Assembly (NCBI GenBank): GCA_018267055.1
Contig: JAFDZF010000180.1
Span: 2,457-66,456, forward strand
Reading direction: 5' to 3'
Length of the DNA stretch: 64,000 nt
Source: Bacteroidota bacterium
GTDB lineage: Bacteria > Bacteroidota > Bacteroidia > Flavobacteriales_F > PHOS-HE28
In this document: positions 54,670 through 64,000 of the stretch, in pieces
Layout: each line of letters begins with the position of its first letter
How positions within the stretch are numbered: the first letter of the stretch is position 1
Made by a program: the position numbers and the translations under genes
Notes under the pieces: generated by a model
Database searches by the model: none
Seen by the model: only the letters and a program-made list of their open reading frames with translations
What the model was told of the DNA's origin: nothing

Positions 54670-55773
54670 CTACTTGATCTTCGCCGCCGCGTCGGCGTCG
54701 AAAGCCTCGCCCTTGTCCTCGAAGGGCCGCGAGGCCACGTAGGTCCGCCACTTCTTCAGCACGGCCTCCATGTCGGCCGGCACCGGGCTCTCGAACCGCA
54801 GGCGCTCTCCCGTCACCGGATGCTCGATCTCCAGCAGGCGGGCGTGCAGCGCCTGGCGCGGCAGCAGCTCGAAGCAGTTCTCCACGAACTGGCGGTACTT
54901 GGTGAAGACCGTGCCCTTGAGGATGCGGTCGCCCCCGTAGGTCGCGTCGTTGAAGAGCGGATGGCCGATGTGCCGCATGTGCGCCCGGATCTGGTGCGTG
55001 CGGCCGGTCTCCAGCTTGCACTCCACCAGCGTGAGGTAGGTGAAGCGCTCCACCACGCTCCAGTGCGTGATGGCCGTCTTGCCCTGGTCGCCCTCGGGGA
55101 ACACCTGCATCACCGTGCGGTCCTTCGGCGAACGGCCCAGGTTGCCCTCGATGGTGCCCGCCTCGGCGTCGAAGTCGCCCCACACCAGGGCGAGGTAGCG
55201 GCGGTCGTTGGTGCGGTCGTAGAACTGGCGGGCGAGGTGGGTGAGCGCCTCCTCGGTCTTGCCGATCACCATCACGCCGCTCGTGTTCTTGTCCAGCCGG
55301 TGCACCAGGCCGGGGCGCGGCACGGGCTGGCCCGGCGCCGACGGCAGCTTGCCGAAGTGGAACAGCAGCGCGTTCACCAAGGTGCCCGTCCAGTTGCCGT
55401 GACCGGGATGCACCACCAGGCCGGCGGGCTTGTCGATCACGAGGATGGCCTCGTCCTCGTAGAGCACGTTCAGCGGGATGTCCTCGGGCGCCAGGTCCAC
55501 CTCGCGCATCGGATAGGGCAGCACCAGGCTCACCTCGTCGCGCGGCTTCACCTTGTAGCTGGGCTTCTCGGCCTTGCCGTTCACCAGCACATTGCCGCTG
55601 CGCGCGGCCGCGGCGATGCGGGAGCGCGAGGCGTTGGCGATGTGCTCGAACAGGAACTTGTCCAGGCGCATCAGGCCCTGGCCCTTGTCGGCCACGATGC
55701 GGTGGTGCTCATAGAGCTCCTGCTCGTCCGATGGTTCCGGCGCGTCGGGGAAGGGGGAGCGTTCCGTGTCCAT
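54670..55773 (-). CDS. rluD: RluA-family 23S rRNA pseudouridine synthase (RluD-like, S4 domain plus catalytic domain)
   Basis: LVHRLDKNTSGVMVIGKTEEA (catalytic Asp motif) and TGRTHQIRAHM. The ATG at 55773 was chosen. The ORF-track extension to 55962 is shadow. Confidence 0.8.
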   Translation of the reverse strand: MDTERSPFPDAPEPSDEQELYEHHRIVADKGQGLMRLDKFLFEHIANASRSRIAAAARSGNVLVNGKAEKPSYKVKPRDEVSLVLPYPMREVDLAPEDIPLNVLYEDEAILVIDKPAGLVVHPGHGNWTGTLVNALLFHFGKLPSAPGQPVPRPGLVHRLDKNTSGVMVIGKTEEALTHLARQFYDRTNDRRYLALVWGDFDAEAGTIEGNLGRSPKDRTVMQVFPEGDQGKTAITHWSVVERFTYLTLVECKLETGRTHQIRAHMRHIGHPLFNDATYGGDRILKGTVFTKYRQFVENCFELLPRQALHARLLEIEHPVTGERLRFESPVPADMEAVLKKWRTYVASRPFEDKGEAFDADAAAKIK

Positions 55774-58031
55774 CAGCGCTGCACCATCAAGCGGCCTTGC
55801 GCGCGCGCGGCGCCATCGCGACCGGTGGCCCGTACGATGTAAAGGCCCGGCGCCACGTCCTGCACGGACAGCGGTGACGCATCGTAGCGCCAGCGTTTCA
55901 CGGTACGGCCCATGGCGTCCAGCAATTCCACCTGGGCGATGCGGTCCATCCCTTCGGCACACAGCTGGAACGCGTCACCCGCGGGGTTCGGCAGCAGCAC
56001 CAGGTCGGTCGATCCGGCGGGTTCCTCGATGCCCGCGAAGGGATCGGCGTCGGCCACCATCACGGGGCGCACCATCCAGGAACCGACCTGCTGCGTGGTC
56101 TGCCAGCCATTGCCCACATTGAAGCTCATCTTGTCGTGGTTGTCCCGGTTCTTGTCGAAGCCGAGGTACATCTTCACCGCGTTGGTCTGCACCCAGCCCA
56201 CGTAGAAGGTGTTCTCCACGTGGATGGTGCTGTCCAGCGGGTACTCCACGAACTTGTCCGGCCCCCAGAGGTGGTACTCCGGCTTGCTGAACGAAATGTT
56301 CTGGTGGATGATGGTCTCCGGGCTGAGGCTGCTCCACACTGTGATCAGGAAGGACCCGTTGGTGGGATCGTTCGGGATGCTGTTGAAGGTGAAGATGGGA
56401 TCGAAGTAGGCCCGGATCGCGCGCAGCGAATCGCCGCCCTGCGTGTCGAAGCGGTAGGCCATCTTGGAGCCCGCCGCGTTCAGGCTGTAGCCGGCCTCCG
56501 CGCTGCCATCGTCGTAGCTGTAGTAGTTGCTCAGCTCCTGCACGAACACCACGCTGTCGTTGTAGGCACAGGCATCGGGCGTGGCGTTGGTCCAGAGCGC
56601 GTCGCGGTAGAAGGCCGCGTCCGTGGATGCCGTGGGATAGGTGTAGTTGCACGGCCCGCCGAGGACGGGATGGACCGAGGTGAAGGTGGTCCGGGCGTTG
56701 TTCGAGATGTTGCTGCCCGGGCCGTTGCAAGTGAACGTGGCCCCGCCCTCCTCCGTGCTGACATAGCCCCAGGTGATGAACTTGTCGCCAATGTCGAGGT
56801 TCTTCTGCGTGAGCGTCACGCTCTGCGCCATGTAGCTCGACGGTGCCTGCGTGAACTTCGCGTACGGCACCGAGGTGTAGGTCTGCAGCAGGCTCGTTTC
56901 GGGGTACACGAAGGCCACGTCCTGCAGCACCGTATCGGTGTAGGTGCGGTTGCGGCCCAGGCGGACGTAGTCGATGTGCCACTGGTCGATGGCGCCGCCC
57001 AATGTGGCCTTGTTGCTGAAGCGCATCCGGAACGTGCTCTTCAGGAACCGCGCATCCTTCACCGGCACCATCACCTGGCTGAAGACGATCGGCAGGGCCT
57101 GTGCCCGGCTCCACACCAGGTGCCACTGGTCCTCATCGGGCGCATAGAACTCCAGGCGGAGGCTGTCCTCAGCGTGCACCTGCGTGTCGCCGCTCTTGCC
57201 GATGGGCTCGCAGAAGAAGCTGAGGTAGATGCTGTCGCCGGCGGGGAACTGGAGATCGATGGGCACCGAGGTGAGGTGGTCGGCCAGGCCCTGCGTATTG
57301 GGCGCGGAGGGCATGTACGGCCAGCCCGTTCGGTCCATGCCGTCCAGCGTGGCCACCCCGATGGTGGGCGGGTCCTCGGGGAAGTTGCCGTTCACGTAGG
57401 CATCGTCATCGGCCCACAGCACCAGCGGCCGCGTCGTGTTGTCGGGGTTGGTGTAGGTGGCCGCGTCCGCGGTGACGGTGTACACCAGCATCGAATCCTG
57501 CAGGAGCGTGGGCTCCAGGTCCAGCGTGTCGGTGGTGGGATCGCCCACGGTGTCGATGACCGTGTAGGGCGGCCATACCTCCATGGACTGTTCGGTGACC
57601 GGGTACGCGGTGACGTTGCGCACGATGGCCACGATCGTCGGGTTGGCCGTCTCGGTGATGATGACGGTGTCGGGCTGCGTGAGGTCGACGGTGTAGTGGA
57701 AGCTCGTGTCGGTCACGAACGCCATGCCCGGGGTGCTGATGCCGCCCACCTCCAGGCGGTAGATGGTCTCCGTGAGGGTGACGTCCGGGTCGCCCGCCTG
57801 GGCGTTGAGGTGCCGGATGCGGTCGGTGGAGAAGTCGTCCACCACCGGGAGCGTCTGCGGCAGGTACTGGTACAGGAAGGTCTCGTGGAGCCCGCCGGCC
57901 TTGGCCAGGGAGGAGCGGGTGTCGGGCCGGGGCGAGGCGTGCAGGGGATCGAGGCTTTCGCCCTGTGCGTGCACCTGCTGCGCGGCCCCCACGGCCAGCG
58001 CCAGCATCCAGAGCCATCTCGTTGTTCCCAT
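55773..58031 (-). CDS. T9SS cargo protein of unknown function (752 aa) with a type-A C-terminal sorting domain
   Basis: Signal peptide MGTTRWLWMLALAVGAAQQVHAQ. C-terminus LVLLPNPAGDAFQLCAEG...GLYIVRATGRDGAARAQGRLMVQR. The stop overlaps the rluD start (TGATG). Confidence 0.75.
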   Translation of the reverse strand: MGTTRWLWMLALAVGAAQQVHAQGESLDPLHASPRPDTRSSLAKAGGLHETFLYQYLPQTLPVVDDFSTDRIRHLNAQAGDPDVTLTETIYRLEVGGISTPGMAFVTDTSFHYTVDLTQPDTVIITETANPTIVAIVRNVTAYPVTEQSMEVWPPYTVIDTVGDPTTDTLDLEPTLLQDSMLVYTVTADAATYTNPDNTTRPLVLWADDDAYVNGNFPEDPPTIGVATLDGMDRTGWPYMPSAPNTQGLADHLTSVPIDLQFPAGDSIYLSFFCEPIGKSGDTQVHAEDSLRLEFYAPDEDQWHLVWSRAQALPIVFSQVMVPVKDARFLKSTFRMRFSNKATLGGAIDQWHIDYVRLGRNRTYTDTVLQDVAFVYPETSLLQTYTSVPYAKFTQAPSSYMAQSVTLTQKNLDIGDKFITWGYVSTEEGGATFTCNGPGSNISNNARTTFTSVHPVLGGPCNYTYPTASTDAAFYRDALWTNATPDACAYNDSVVFVQELSNYYSYDDGSAEAGYSLNAAGSKMAYRFDTQGGDSLRAIRAYFDPIFTFNSIPNDPTNGSFLITVWSSLSPETIIHQNISFSKPEYHLWGPDKFVEYPLDSTIHVENTFYVGWVQTNAVKMYLGFDKNRDNHDKMSFNVGNGWQTTQQVGSWMVRPVMVADADPFAGIEEPAGSTDLVLLPNPAGDAFQLCAEGMDRIAQVELLDAMGRTVKRWRYDASPLSVQDVAPGLYIVRATGRDGAARAQGRLMVQR

Positions 58032-58048
58032 GGGCCTGTTCCTTCCGT

Positions 58049-58843
58049 TCAATGGTCGTCCGCGTCGTCGGGCACGGCCGTGGTGGTGCTGTCCATCGTC
58101 AGCCATACGTCGATCATGCCGCCGGGCCCGATCAGGTTGTTCTTGATGGGCTCGGGCGACTGCCGGACCACTTTCGCCAACGCGGTATCGCAGCCGCTAT
58201 TGCCACAGCCCTTCACCTCCACCACCACGCCCAGGTTCAGGGACGCCATGTTGAGCACCGCCTTCACCTCGGCGAGGGTCATCCCGCGCACGTCCGGTAC
58301 CTGGACGCGCTCGCCGTTCTGTCCGCTGCCCAGCACGAGCGTCACCGCTTCGCCCCGCCGGATGCGGGCTTCGGCCGCGATGGGCTGCCCGTTGTAGAGC
58401 TGGGCCACCACGCAGTCCATGCACGGGTCGGGCCGGTACTGCATCTCCTTGACCTTCAGGCCGAGGATCTCCAGCACGCTGATCGCCTGCCGCTTGCTCA
58501 GGTTCACCAGGGCGGGCATGTTCAGCATCTTCGGCTGCTGCGCGTTCATCACCAGGTAGATGGTGCGGCCGGGCTTCACCGCCTTCTCGGGGCGCGGGTC
58601 CTGGTCCACCACGGTGCCCTTGGGAGCCTCGTCGTTGTAGACCGAATCGATCACCTCGGCCTGGAGCCCCTGCTCCTCGAGACGGGCCCGGGCCTCGTCC
58701 ATGGTGAGGCCCTTCAGGGAAGGCACCACGGCCTTGGCGTCGTGCCGGGTGTAGGCCCCGAGCCAGAGCCATGCGCCCAGGACAAGGAGCACGGCGATGC
58801 CGAGGGGTGCCATCACCAGGAGGACCTTTCTGCTGCCTGCCAT
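58049..58843 (-). CDS. PASTA-domain protein (TM anchor plus three PASTA repeats)
   Basis: The ATG at 58843 gives MAGSRKVLLVMAPLGIAVLLVL. Three repeats of the PASTA-like pattern (VPSLKGLTMDEARARLEEQGL..., MPALVNLSKRQAISVLEILGL..., VPDVRGMTLAEVKAVLNMASL...). Confidence 0.75.
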   Translation of the reverse strand: MAGSRKVLLVMAPLGIAVLLVLGAWLWLGAYTRHDAKAVVPSLKGLTMDEARARLEEQGLQAEVIDSVYNDEAPKGTVVDQDPRPEKAVKPGRTIYLVMNAQQPKMLNMPALVNLSKRQAISVLEILGLKVKEMQYRPDPCMDCVVAQLYNGQPIAAEARIRRGEAVTLVLGSGQNGERVQVPDVRGMTLAEVKAVLNMASLNLGVVVEVKGCGNSGCDTALAKVVRQSPEPIKNNLIGPGGMIDVWLTMDSTTTAVPDDADDH

Positions 58844-58999
58844 GCGTCGTTGCGTGCCCCGGAGGCCGTCCGGTGGCGGTCGGCGAAGATAGACCGGGCC
58901 GGCACGCGGGACCGTCCACATCCCCTGGTTGGCAGAAGGTGCGCCCGCGCCCGGGCGATCCGGCTCCCCGTCCGCATTTTCGCCCATCCTCCGAACGCC
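58844..58999. promoter_or_regulatory. divergent promoter region between the PASTA-domain gene (minus strand) and ddl (plus strand)
   Basis: A 156-bp non-coding gap between divergent start codons. No confident promoter motif was identified. Confidence 0.3.
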
Positions 59000-59983
59000 A
59001 TGCCCCTGCCCTTCATTGCCGTGTTCCGCGGCGGATACACCGGCGAATCCGTGATCAGCCACCAGAGCGCCCGCACGATGATGGACGCCCTGGACACCGC
59101 CCGCTTCGAGGCCGCCTACATCACCATCACCACGGAGGCCTGGACCTGCGAACGCGCCGACGGCACGCCCCTGCCGTTCGACCGCGGCGCCTGCGCCGCC
59201 GACCGCGGGCCGGGCCTGGAGCGCTTCGCCGCGGCCTTGATCGCCATCCACGGCACGCCCGGCGAGGATGGACGGCTGCAGGGCTACCTGGACCTGATGG
59301 GGGTGCCGTACCAGACCGGCGGCGTGCTCGGCATGGCCGTGTCCATGAGCAAGTTCAGCACCACGGGCCTCCTGCGGCAGCTGGGCTTCGACGTGGCCCC
59401 CTCGGTGCTGCTCCAGGGGCGCGACGCCGGCACCGAGGCGCACGTGCTGGACCGGGTGGGCCTGCCCTGCTTCGTGAAGCCCGACAACAGCGGCAGCAGC
59501 CTCGGCATCAGCAAGGTGAAGACCCCCGCCGAACTGGGGCCCGCGCTCGACAAGGCCTTCGCCGAGGACGATACGGTGATGTGCGAGGCCTTCGTGGCCG
59601 GGCGCGAGCTCACCTGCGGCGTGCTGCGCCTGGACGGTGCCGTGAAGGCGCTGCCTGTGTGCGAGATCCGCACCAGCCACGAGTTCTTCGACTACGAGGC
59701 CAAGTACCACGCCCCCGACACCCAGGAGATCATCCCCGCCCCGCTGCCCGACGAGGTGACGCGCACCGTGCAGGAGCGCTCCGCGGCCATCTATCGTGCC
59801 CTCGACCTCAGCGGCATGGTGCGCGTGGACCACATGTGGACGGGCGACCGGGTGGTGACCATCGAGGTGAACACCACGCCCGGCTTCAGTGGGGCCAGCA
59901 TCTTCCCGAAGATGCTCGTGGCCGCCGGCATCGGCGTGGCCCCCGCGGTGAACGCCCTGGTGCAGGAGATGCTGGACCGCTGA
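59000..59983 (+). CDS. ddl: D-alanine--D-alanine ligase
   Basis: ATP-grasp fold: HGTPGEDGRLQGYLDLMGVPY, CFVKPDNSGSSLGISKV, EVNTTPGFS. It is the real part of ORF 57965..59983. Confidence 0.85.
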   Translation: MPLPFIAVFRGGYTGESVISHQSARTMMDALDTARFEAAYITITTEAWTCERADGTPLPFDRGACAADRGPGLERFAAALIAIHGTPGEDGRLQGYLDLMGVPYQTGGVLGMAVSMSKFSTTGLLRQLGFDVAPSVLLQGRDAGTEAHVLDRVGLPCFVKPDNSGSSLGISKVKTPAELGPALDKAFAEDDTVMCEAFVAGRELTCGVLRLDGAVKALPVCEIRTSHEFFDYEAKYHAPDTQEIIPAPLPDEVTRTVQERSAAIYRALDLSGMVRVDHMWTGDRVVTIEVNTTPGFSGASIFPKMLVAAGIGVAPAVNALVQEMLDR

Positions 59984-59986
59984 GGC

Positions 59987-60913
59987 CTAGAGGAAGTCCA
60001 GGTCGCCGAACGCGAGCTCGAACCGCTGGCCCAGGAGCCGCTGCGTGCCGGCCTCGTCCAGGCCTTTCACCAACAGGTTGAAGCCGCTGGACACCGTGGC
60101 GCGCACCATGCCCGCGGCGGCGCGCACCATGCGCTCCTCGGCCAGCACCAGCACGGCCGCGCAGCCGTTCCGTGCCGCGATCCGCCGCGCCTGCCGCAAC
60201 AGCCGCGGGGCGACGTCCGGATGCGAGGGCACCAGGTCCAGCACCAGCATCAGCGGCACGCCCTTCCGCTTCATGCGCTTCAGGAAGACCGACCCGCCCG
60301 TGCCGTCGTCGAACCGGAACGTCCGGTGCAGGTGGCCGTTCCCCGGATAGGCCAGGAAGCGCCACTGCACATGGGCCTCATCCTTCTCCATCCGCCACGT
60401 GGAGCGGTCGCCGTCCGGGGCTTCCGACGGGGCGATGAACTCCGTCACGTGCCCCCGGATGCGCCCGAACGCGGGCGGCAGCACCAGCATCCGCGGGACG
60501 GGCAGGCGCCGGTAGCCGAACTTCTCCAGGAAGATCGGCGTGCTCGCCGCATTGGTGACGGTGAGGAAGAACCCGATGCCCTGCTGGCGGCCGGCGGCCT
60601 CGGAAGCCTGGTACGCACGGCCGAAGATGCCCTGCCCGCGGAGCGAAGCGTCCGTCAGCACCTTCTGCGGCATGGCCACGAGGACGCGCCCCTCCGGGCC
60701 GCTGAACCAATGGTCGTTGGTGGTGGCCATGCCCACGATGCGCTCCGCGATGCGGGCGAGCATCACCGCGGAGCTGCCCGCCGGGTTGTGCAGGTACCAA
60801 TGGCGCAGGTGGGCCTCGTCGGCACCCGCCTGGCCCTGGGCGCGCATGAACGCCGTCAGCGCAGGCAGGTCGGCCTCCTGCAAGGGAGCGATCGACAGCG
60901 CGTGCGTGCTCAT
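59987..60913 (-). CDS. GNAT-family N-acetyltransferase with a C-terminal extension (about 308 aa)
   Basis: The ATG at 60913 (MSTHALSIAPLQEADLPALTAF) was chosen. The ORF-track N-terminal extension is Arg-rich shadow. There is a GNAT-like core around RIVGMATT...GQGIFGRAY. Confidence 0.55.
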   Translation of the reverse strand: MSTHALSIAPLQEADLPALTAFMRAQGQAGADEAHLRHWYLHNPAGSSAVMLARIAERIVGMATTNDHWFSGPEGRVLVAMPQKVLTDASLRGQGIFGRAYQASEAAGRQQGIGFFLTVTNAASTPIFLEKFGYRRLPVPRMLVLPPAFGRIRGHVTEFIAPSEAPDGDRSTWRMEKDEAHVQWRFLAYPGNGHLHRTFRFDDGTGGSVFLKRMKRKGVPLMLVLDLVPSHPDVAPRLLRQARRIAARNGCAAVLVLAEERMVRAAAGMVRATVSSGFNLLVKGLDEAGTQRLLGQRFELAFGDLDFL

Positions 60914-61758
60914 GGGGCCGTGAAGTCGACCAGGCGCGCCTCCCCGAAGACGGGCCCCTGCGACAAGGCCGCATGCTCCGCCTGGCAGCGCTGCAGGAAG
61001 GGGCGCTTGCGGTCCAGCTGGTCCGCGTAGAGCGCGAGCACGTCGTCGCCGAGGATGTACGGGTGCACCATCACCTCCACCCGCTGGTCGGCGCGCGTGC
61101 CGGCGAGCAGGCCCGCGTAGGTGGCGGCGTCGTAGGGTCCGGCCTCGTCGAGGTCGTGGATGCTCACCAGCACATCGTTCGTCCGGCCGCTGAAGCGGGC
61201 GCGGTCGATGGCGGCGAAGCGCTGGTTCACCCATTGCTTGAGCGCCTTGCGGGGACGGCCCAGCGCCAGGCGCACCGCGCTTCCCGGCGGGTCCACCATC
61301 CGCACCGGGAGGCCGGCCTCCCGGAGCACCGGCAGCATCGCCTGGAAGAGGCGCGGCACCATGTGCACGTGCTGGTGGCTGTCCACGTGCGTGGGGCGGA
61401 GGCCCAGCCCGGCCATGCGGTCCAGCTGCGCCTCCAACTCCCGGCGCACCGCCGCTGCGGACACCCGCCCCTGGAACGCGCGCTTCACCAGCGTGGGGCG
61501 GTCCAGGAAGGTGCCGTCCGGGCCGGTCAGCGCGGAAGGGCCGGTGAGCGCCCGGCCTTCGGTGAGGCAGAAGTGCAGGCCGATGCCCAGCCCCGGATGG
61601 TCCTTGGCGCGCAGCACGGCATCGGCCGTGCCCGGCATGTTCACCATGAGGGTGGCCGAACTGAGGTTGCCCGCGCGGAACACGTCGAAGATGGCCGTGT
61701 TCACCGAGGGGCTCAGCCCAAGGTCGTCGGCGTTGACGGTCAGCGTGCGGCGTTGCAT
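60910..61758 (-). CDS. YdjC/ChbG-family carbohydrate deacetylase
   Basis: LTVNADDLGLSPSVNTAI and HVDSHQHVH metal-binding motifs. ATGA overlap with the GNAT start. Confidence 0.7.
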   Translation of the reverse strand: MQRRTLTVNADDLGLSPSVNTAIFDVFRAGNLSSATLMVNMPGTADAVLRAKDHPGLGIGLHFCLTEGRALTGPSALTGPDGTFLDRPTLVKRAFQGRVSAAAVRRELEAQLDRMAGLGLRPTHVDSHQHVHMVPRLFQAMLPVLREAGLPVRMVDPPGSAVRLALGRPRKALKQWVNQRFAAIDRARFSGRTNDVLVSIHDLDEAGPYDAATYAGLLAGTRADQRVEVMVHPYILGDDVLALYADQLDRKRPFLQRCQAEHAALSQGPVFGEARLVDFTAP

Positions 61759-61783
61759 CGGCACCGGCGAAAGGTACTCCGGC

Positions 61784-62386
61784 TCAGGGCCGGTCGCGCT
61801 CCGCGAGGGAGCGGGCCAGCTTCCACAGGGCCTGCGCGCGGTGGCTGACGGCGTTCTTCAGGCGCGCGTCCATCTGGGCGAAGGTGAGGTCGGCGAACAG
61901 CGGCCGGAACACGGGGTCGTACCCGAAGCCGCCCGTGCCGTGCGGGGCCTCGGTGATGACGCCCTCGACGATGCCCTCGAACGTGCGCTCGCCCGCATCG
62001 TCCACCCAGGCGATGACGGTGCGGAACCGCGCGGCGCGATCGGCCACCCCCTGGAGCGCATGCAGGAGCTTGGCGATGTTGGCCGCCGCATCGCGGGCCT
62101 CGCCGGCATAGCGTGCGCTGTACACGCCCGGCGCGCCGCCCAGCGCGGCCACCTCCAGCCCGGTGTCGTCGGCGATGGCTGGCAGCCCGCTGTGCCGGTG
62201 GCCGAAGCGCGCCTTCTCCAGGGCATTGGCCTCCAGCGTGGTGCCGTTCTCGGGCAGGTCCAGGGGCAGGCCGAGCTCGGTGAGCCCGCGCACCACCAGG
62301 CCGGGGGGCAGCAGGGCGCGCAGCTCGGCGACCTTGCCGGGATTGCCGGTGCATAGGAGCACCTCGGTAGCGGACGGAGGGAGCAT
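61784..62386 (-). CDS. rdgB: non-canonical purine NTP pyrophosphatase (RdgB/HAM1 family)
   Basis: VLLCTGNPGKVAE, EANALEKAR, FGYDPVF. The ATG at 62386 was chosen. Confidence 0.8.
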   Translation of the reverse strand: MLPPSATEVLLCTGNPGKVAELRALLPPGLVVRGLTELGLPLDLPENGTTLEANALEKARFGHRHSGLPAIADDTGLEVAALGGAPGVYSARYAGEARDAAANIAKLLHALQGVADRAARFRTVIAWVDDAGERTFEGIVEGVITEAPHGTGGFGYDPVFRPLFADLTFAQMDARLKNAVSHRAQALWKLARSLAERDRP

Positions 62387-62417
62387 GGGCCTAAGTTCGT
62401 CCCCGCAACGATACGCG

Positions 62418-63845
62418 ATGGAACGCATCAGGGCCTGGCTCGGCGGTTGGCGGAGCGACATCGCGAACGTGAGGCGGAAGGGCAGCTTCGCCCGGAACGC
62501 GCTGTACACCTTCAGCGATGCCTTCGCGAACATCCTCTCGCAGATCGTGCTCACCCCGCTGGTGGCCGCGCTCTATGGGCCGGTGGCGTACGGCATCTAC
62601 GGCCTCTTCAGCACCATCACCACCAACCTGAGCACCCTGGCCGGGCTGGGCCTGCCGGGGGCCTTCATGCTGCCACGGGACGAGCGCGGGTTCCAGGCCC
62701 TGGCCCGCACCTCCATCGCGCTGCTGGTGCTGGTGGTGGTGGCGGTGGCGCCCATCTGCCTCTTCCCCTCGCTGCTCTATGCGGTGCTGCCCAGCTGGAG
62801 CGTGATGGGGCGCTGGTGCATGGCCGTTCCCGCGATGGTGCTCCTGCTCGGCCTCACCCAGGTGCTGGTGAACTGGTCCGCGCGTGTGAAGGCCTTCGCG
62901 CTGTATGCCCGGATCGGCCCCGCCACGAGCGTGGGCATGCGGCTCTTCAACCTGGGCTATGGCCTGCTCCGCAAGGGCACGCTGCACGGCCTCATCCTGG
63001 GCGAGCTGGTGGTGCGCACGCTCGCCGTCGCCTGGTTCTTCGCCGCCATGCGGAAGCACGGGCTGCGGCCGTTGTTGCGGGGCTATGGCCGCGCGGAGGC
63101 GGTCGGCACGCTGAAGGCCTACCGCGAATACCCGCTCTACATCTTCCCCGGCCGCTGGCTGGCGCTGTTCGCCTCGCAGCTGCCCATCCTGGGCATCATC
63201 ACCTTCCTGGAACCGGGCCCGGCGAACACGGCCGCCGTGGGCCACTTCACCCTGGCCGGCAGCCTGCTGCTGATGCCGCTGCGCCTCTTCGGCTACAGCC
63301 TGTCGATGGTGTTCCTTCGGAAGATCACCGAGGCCCAGGCCGATGACCCGGCCTCCGTGGGCCCCCTCACCCAGCGCCTCTACGACCGCTTCCTCGCGCT
63401 CGGCCTGCTGCCCTTCACCTTCCTCACCTTCTTCGGCGACGAGGTGTTCCGCCTGGTCCTCGGCGAGGCCTGGCGCGAGGCCGGCGTGTATTCCGCGGCC
63501 ATGGGGCTGTTCTACCTGTTCCGCCTGCTGTCGGAGCCCATCGTATCGGTGTACAACGCGCAGCGCAGCGAACGGGCCCTGTTCCGCTTCTACCTGGCGC
63601 TCTTCGTGGTGAACGCGGCCGCCGTGGCCTACGGCATCCTCCACCTGCGGAGCGCCTACGCCACCGTGATGGCCTTCGCCGCGGTGAACCTGGGCGCCTA
63701 CCTGTACCTCAGCTGCCGCATCCTGCGCAACACGGGGCGGCCCTGGGCACGCGTGACGCTGCGCACCGGCGCACTGATCGCCGTGGCCTGCCTCGCCTTC
63801 GGCCTGCTGCGCCGGGCGGTGCTGGGCACCTGGACCCCGTTCTGA
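62418..63845 (+). CDS. polysaccharide biosynthesis protein / Wzx-like oligosaccharide flippase (MOP superfamily)
   Basis: About 12 predicted TM helices and the typical N-terminus ...RKGSFARNALYTFSDAFANILSQIVLTPLVA. The ATG at 62418 was chosen. Confidence 0.7.
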   Translation: MERIRAWLGGWRSDIANVRRKGSFARNALYTFSDAFANILSQIVLTPLVAALYGPVAYGIYGLFSTITTNLSTLAGLGLPGAFMLPRDERGFQALARTSIALLVLVVVAVAPICLFPSLLYAVLPSWSVMGRWCMAVPAMVLLLGLTQVLVNWSARVKAFALYARIGPATSVGMRLFNLGYGLLRKGTLHGLILGELVVRTLAVAWFFAAMRKHGLRPLLRGYGRAEAVGTLKAYREYPLYIFPGRWLALFASQLPILGIITFLEPGPANTAAVGHFTLAGSLLLMPLRLFGYSLSMVFLRKITEAQADDPASVGPLTQRLYDRFLALGLLPFTFLTFFGDEVFRLVLGEAWREAGVYSAAMGLFYLFRLLSEPIVSVYNAQRSERALFRFYLALFVVNAAAVAYGILHLRSAYATVMAFAAVNLGAYLYLSCRILRNTGRPWARVTLRTGALIAVACLAFGLLRRAVLGTWTPF

Positions 63846-63887
63846 GCCGTGGGGCGCCGCCGGGCCGGGCCTTTACTTTCGCCGCCA

Positions 63888-64000
63888 TGACGATGCGGCG
63901 GCTCCTGGGCAAGTGCATCACGGCCTATGCGCGCCTGCGGTGGTGGCGCGTGCCGCCGGAACAGCTCGTCTTCCTCCGCCAGGGCTGTGTGGGCCGCCTG
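63888..64000 (+). CDS. 3'-truncated ORF of unknown function
   Basis: The ATG at 63888 (MTMRRLLGKCITAYARLRWW...) runs off the window end. Too short to classify. Confidence 0.3.

Noticed and set aside
58930-58960. Possible sigma-54 -24/-12 element (TGGCAG...N5...GC) upstream of ddl
   Set aside because: The -12 part does not match TTGC(A/T) and the spacing is off. It is probably a chance match in GC-rich DNA.

Overview
High-GC (about 68-70%) segment that reads as a Bacteroidota chromosome. The phylum call rests on T9SS C-terminal sorting domains of both types, the DUF3822-rsmD-coaD gene order, and LptF/G, PASTA-rluD-ddl and Wzx neighbourhoods. The window splits into three parts. (1) 1-14.9 kb holds four secreted cargo genes of the type IX secretion system. 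Two carry CHU_C/type-B C-terminal domains (a PKD protein cut off at the window start and a 710-aa repeat protein). Two are giant tandem paralogs (2136 aa and 1714 aa) with a signal peptide, FN3, a gingipain-like (peptidase C25) domain whose catalytic His/Cys appear to be replaced, long near-identical Cys/Asp-rich calcium-binding repeat arrays (about 25 tandem 144-bp units in the first), TSP3 repeats and a type-A T9SS sorting domain. (2) 15.3-26.5 kb is a compact hybrid NRPS-PKS biosynthetic gene cluster: a 2162-aa A-PCP-KS-AT(malonyl)-ACP-aminotransferase protein, a 1345-aa C-A-PCP-TE terminating module and an Sfp-type PPTase. It has MycA/ItuA-like beta-amination logic, but an amino-acid-activating A domain replaces the fatty-acyl ligase. 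This is the most interesting candidate for an undescribed system. (3) 26.5-64 kb is mostly housekeeping: an SF1B helicase, DUF3822-rsmD-coaD-TlpA-like, NUDIX/pyrE (divergent with overlapping start codons), SRPBCC, an ABC exporter, rsmG, an ECF sigma plus GT2, tgt, LptF/G, a membrane protein plus UDG-like protein, an ECF sigma with a DUF2807 anti-sigma, a fadD-like ligase, a lipoprotein/DUF2490/SCO1/hydrolase operon, a PhyH dioxygenase, ABC-F, acyltransferase-3, rluD, another T9SS cargo, PASTA, ddl, GNAT, a YdjC-like deacetylase, rdgB and a Wzx-like flippase. I found no rRNA, tRNA, CRISPR, transposase or integrase by eye. Most long ORFs antisense to the GC-rich genes are frame shadows. Boundaries were refined from the ORF track by locating signal peptides, domain starts and ATGA/TGATG translational-coupling overlaps.
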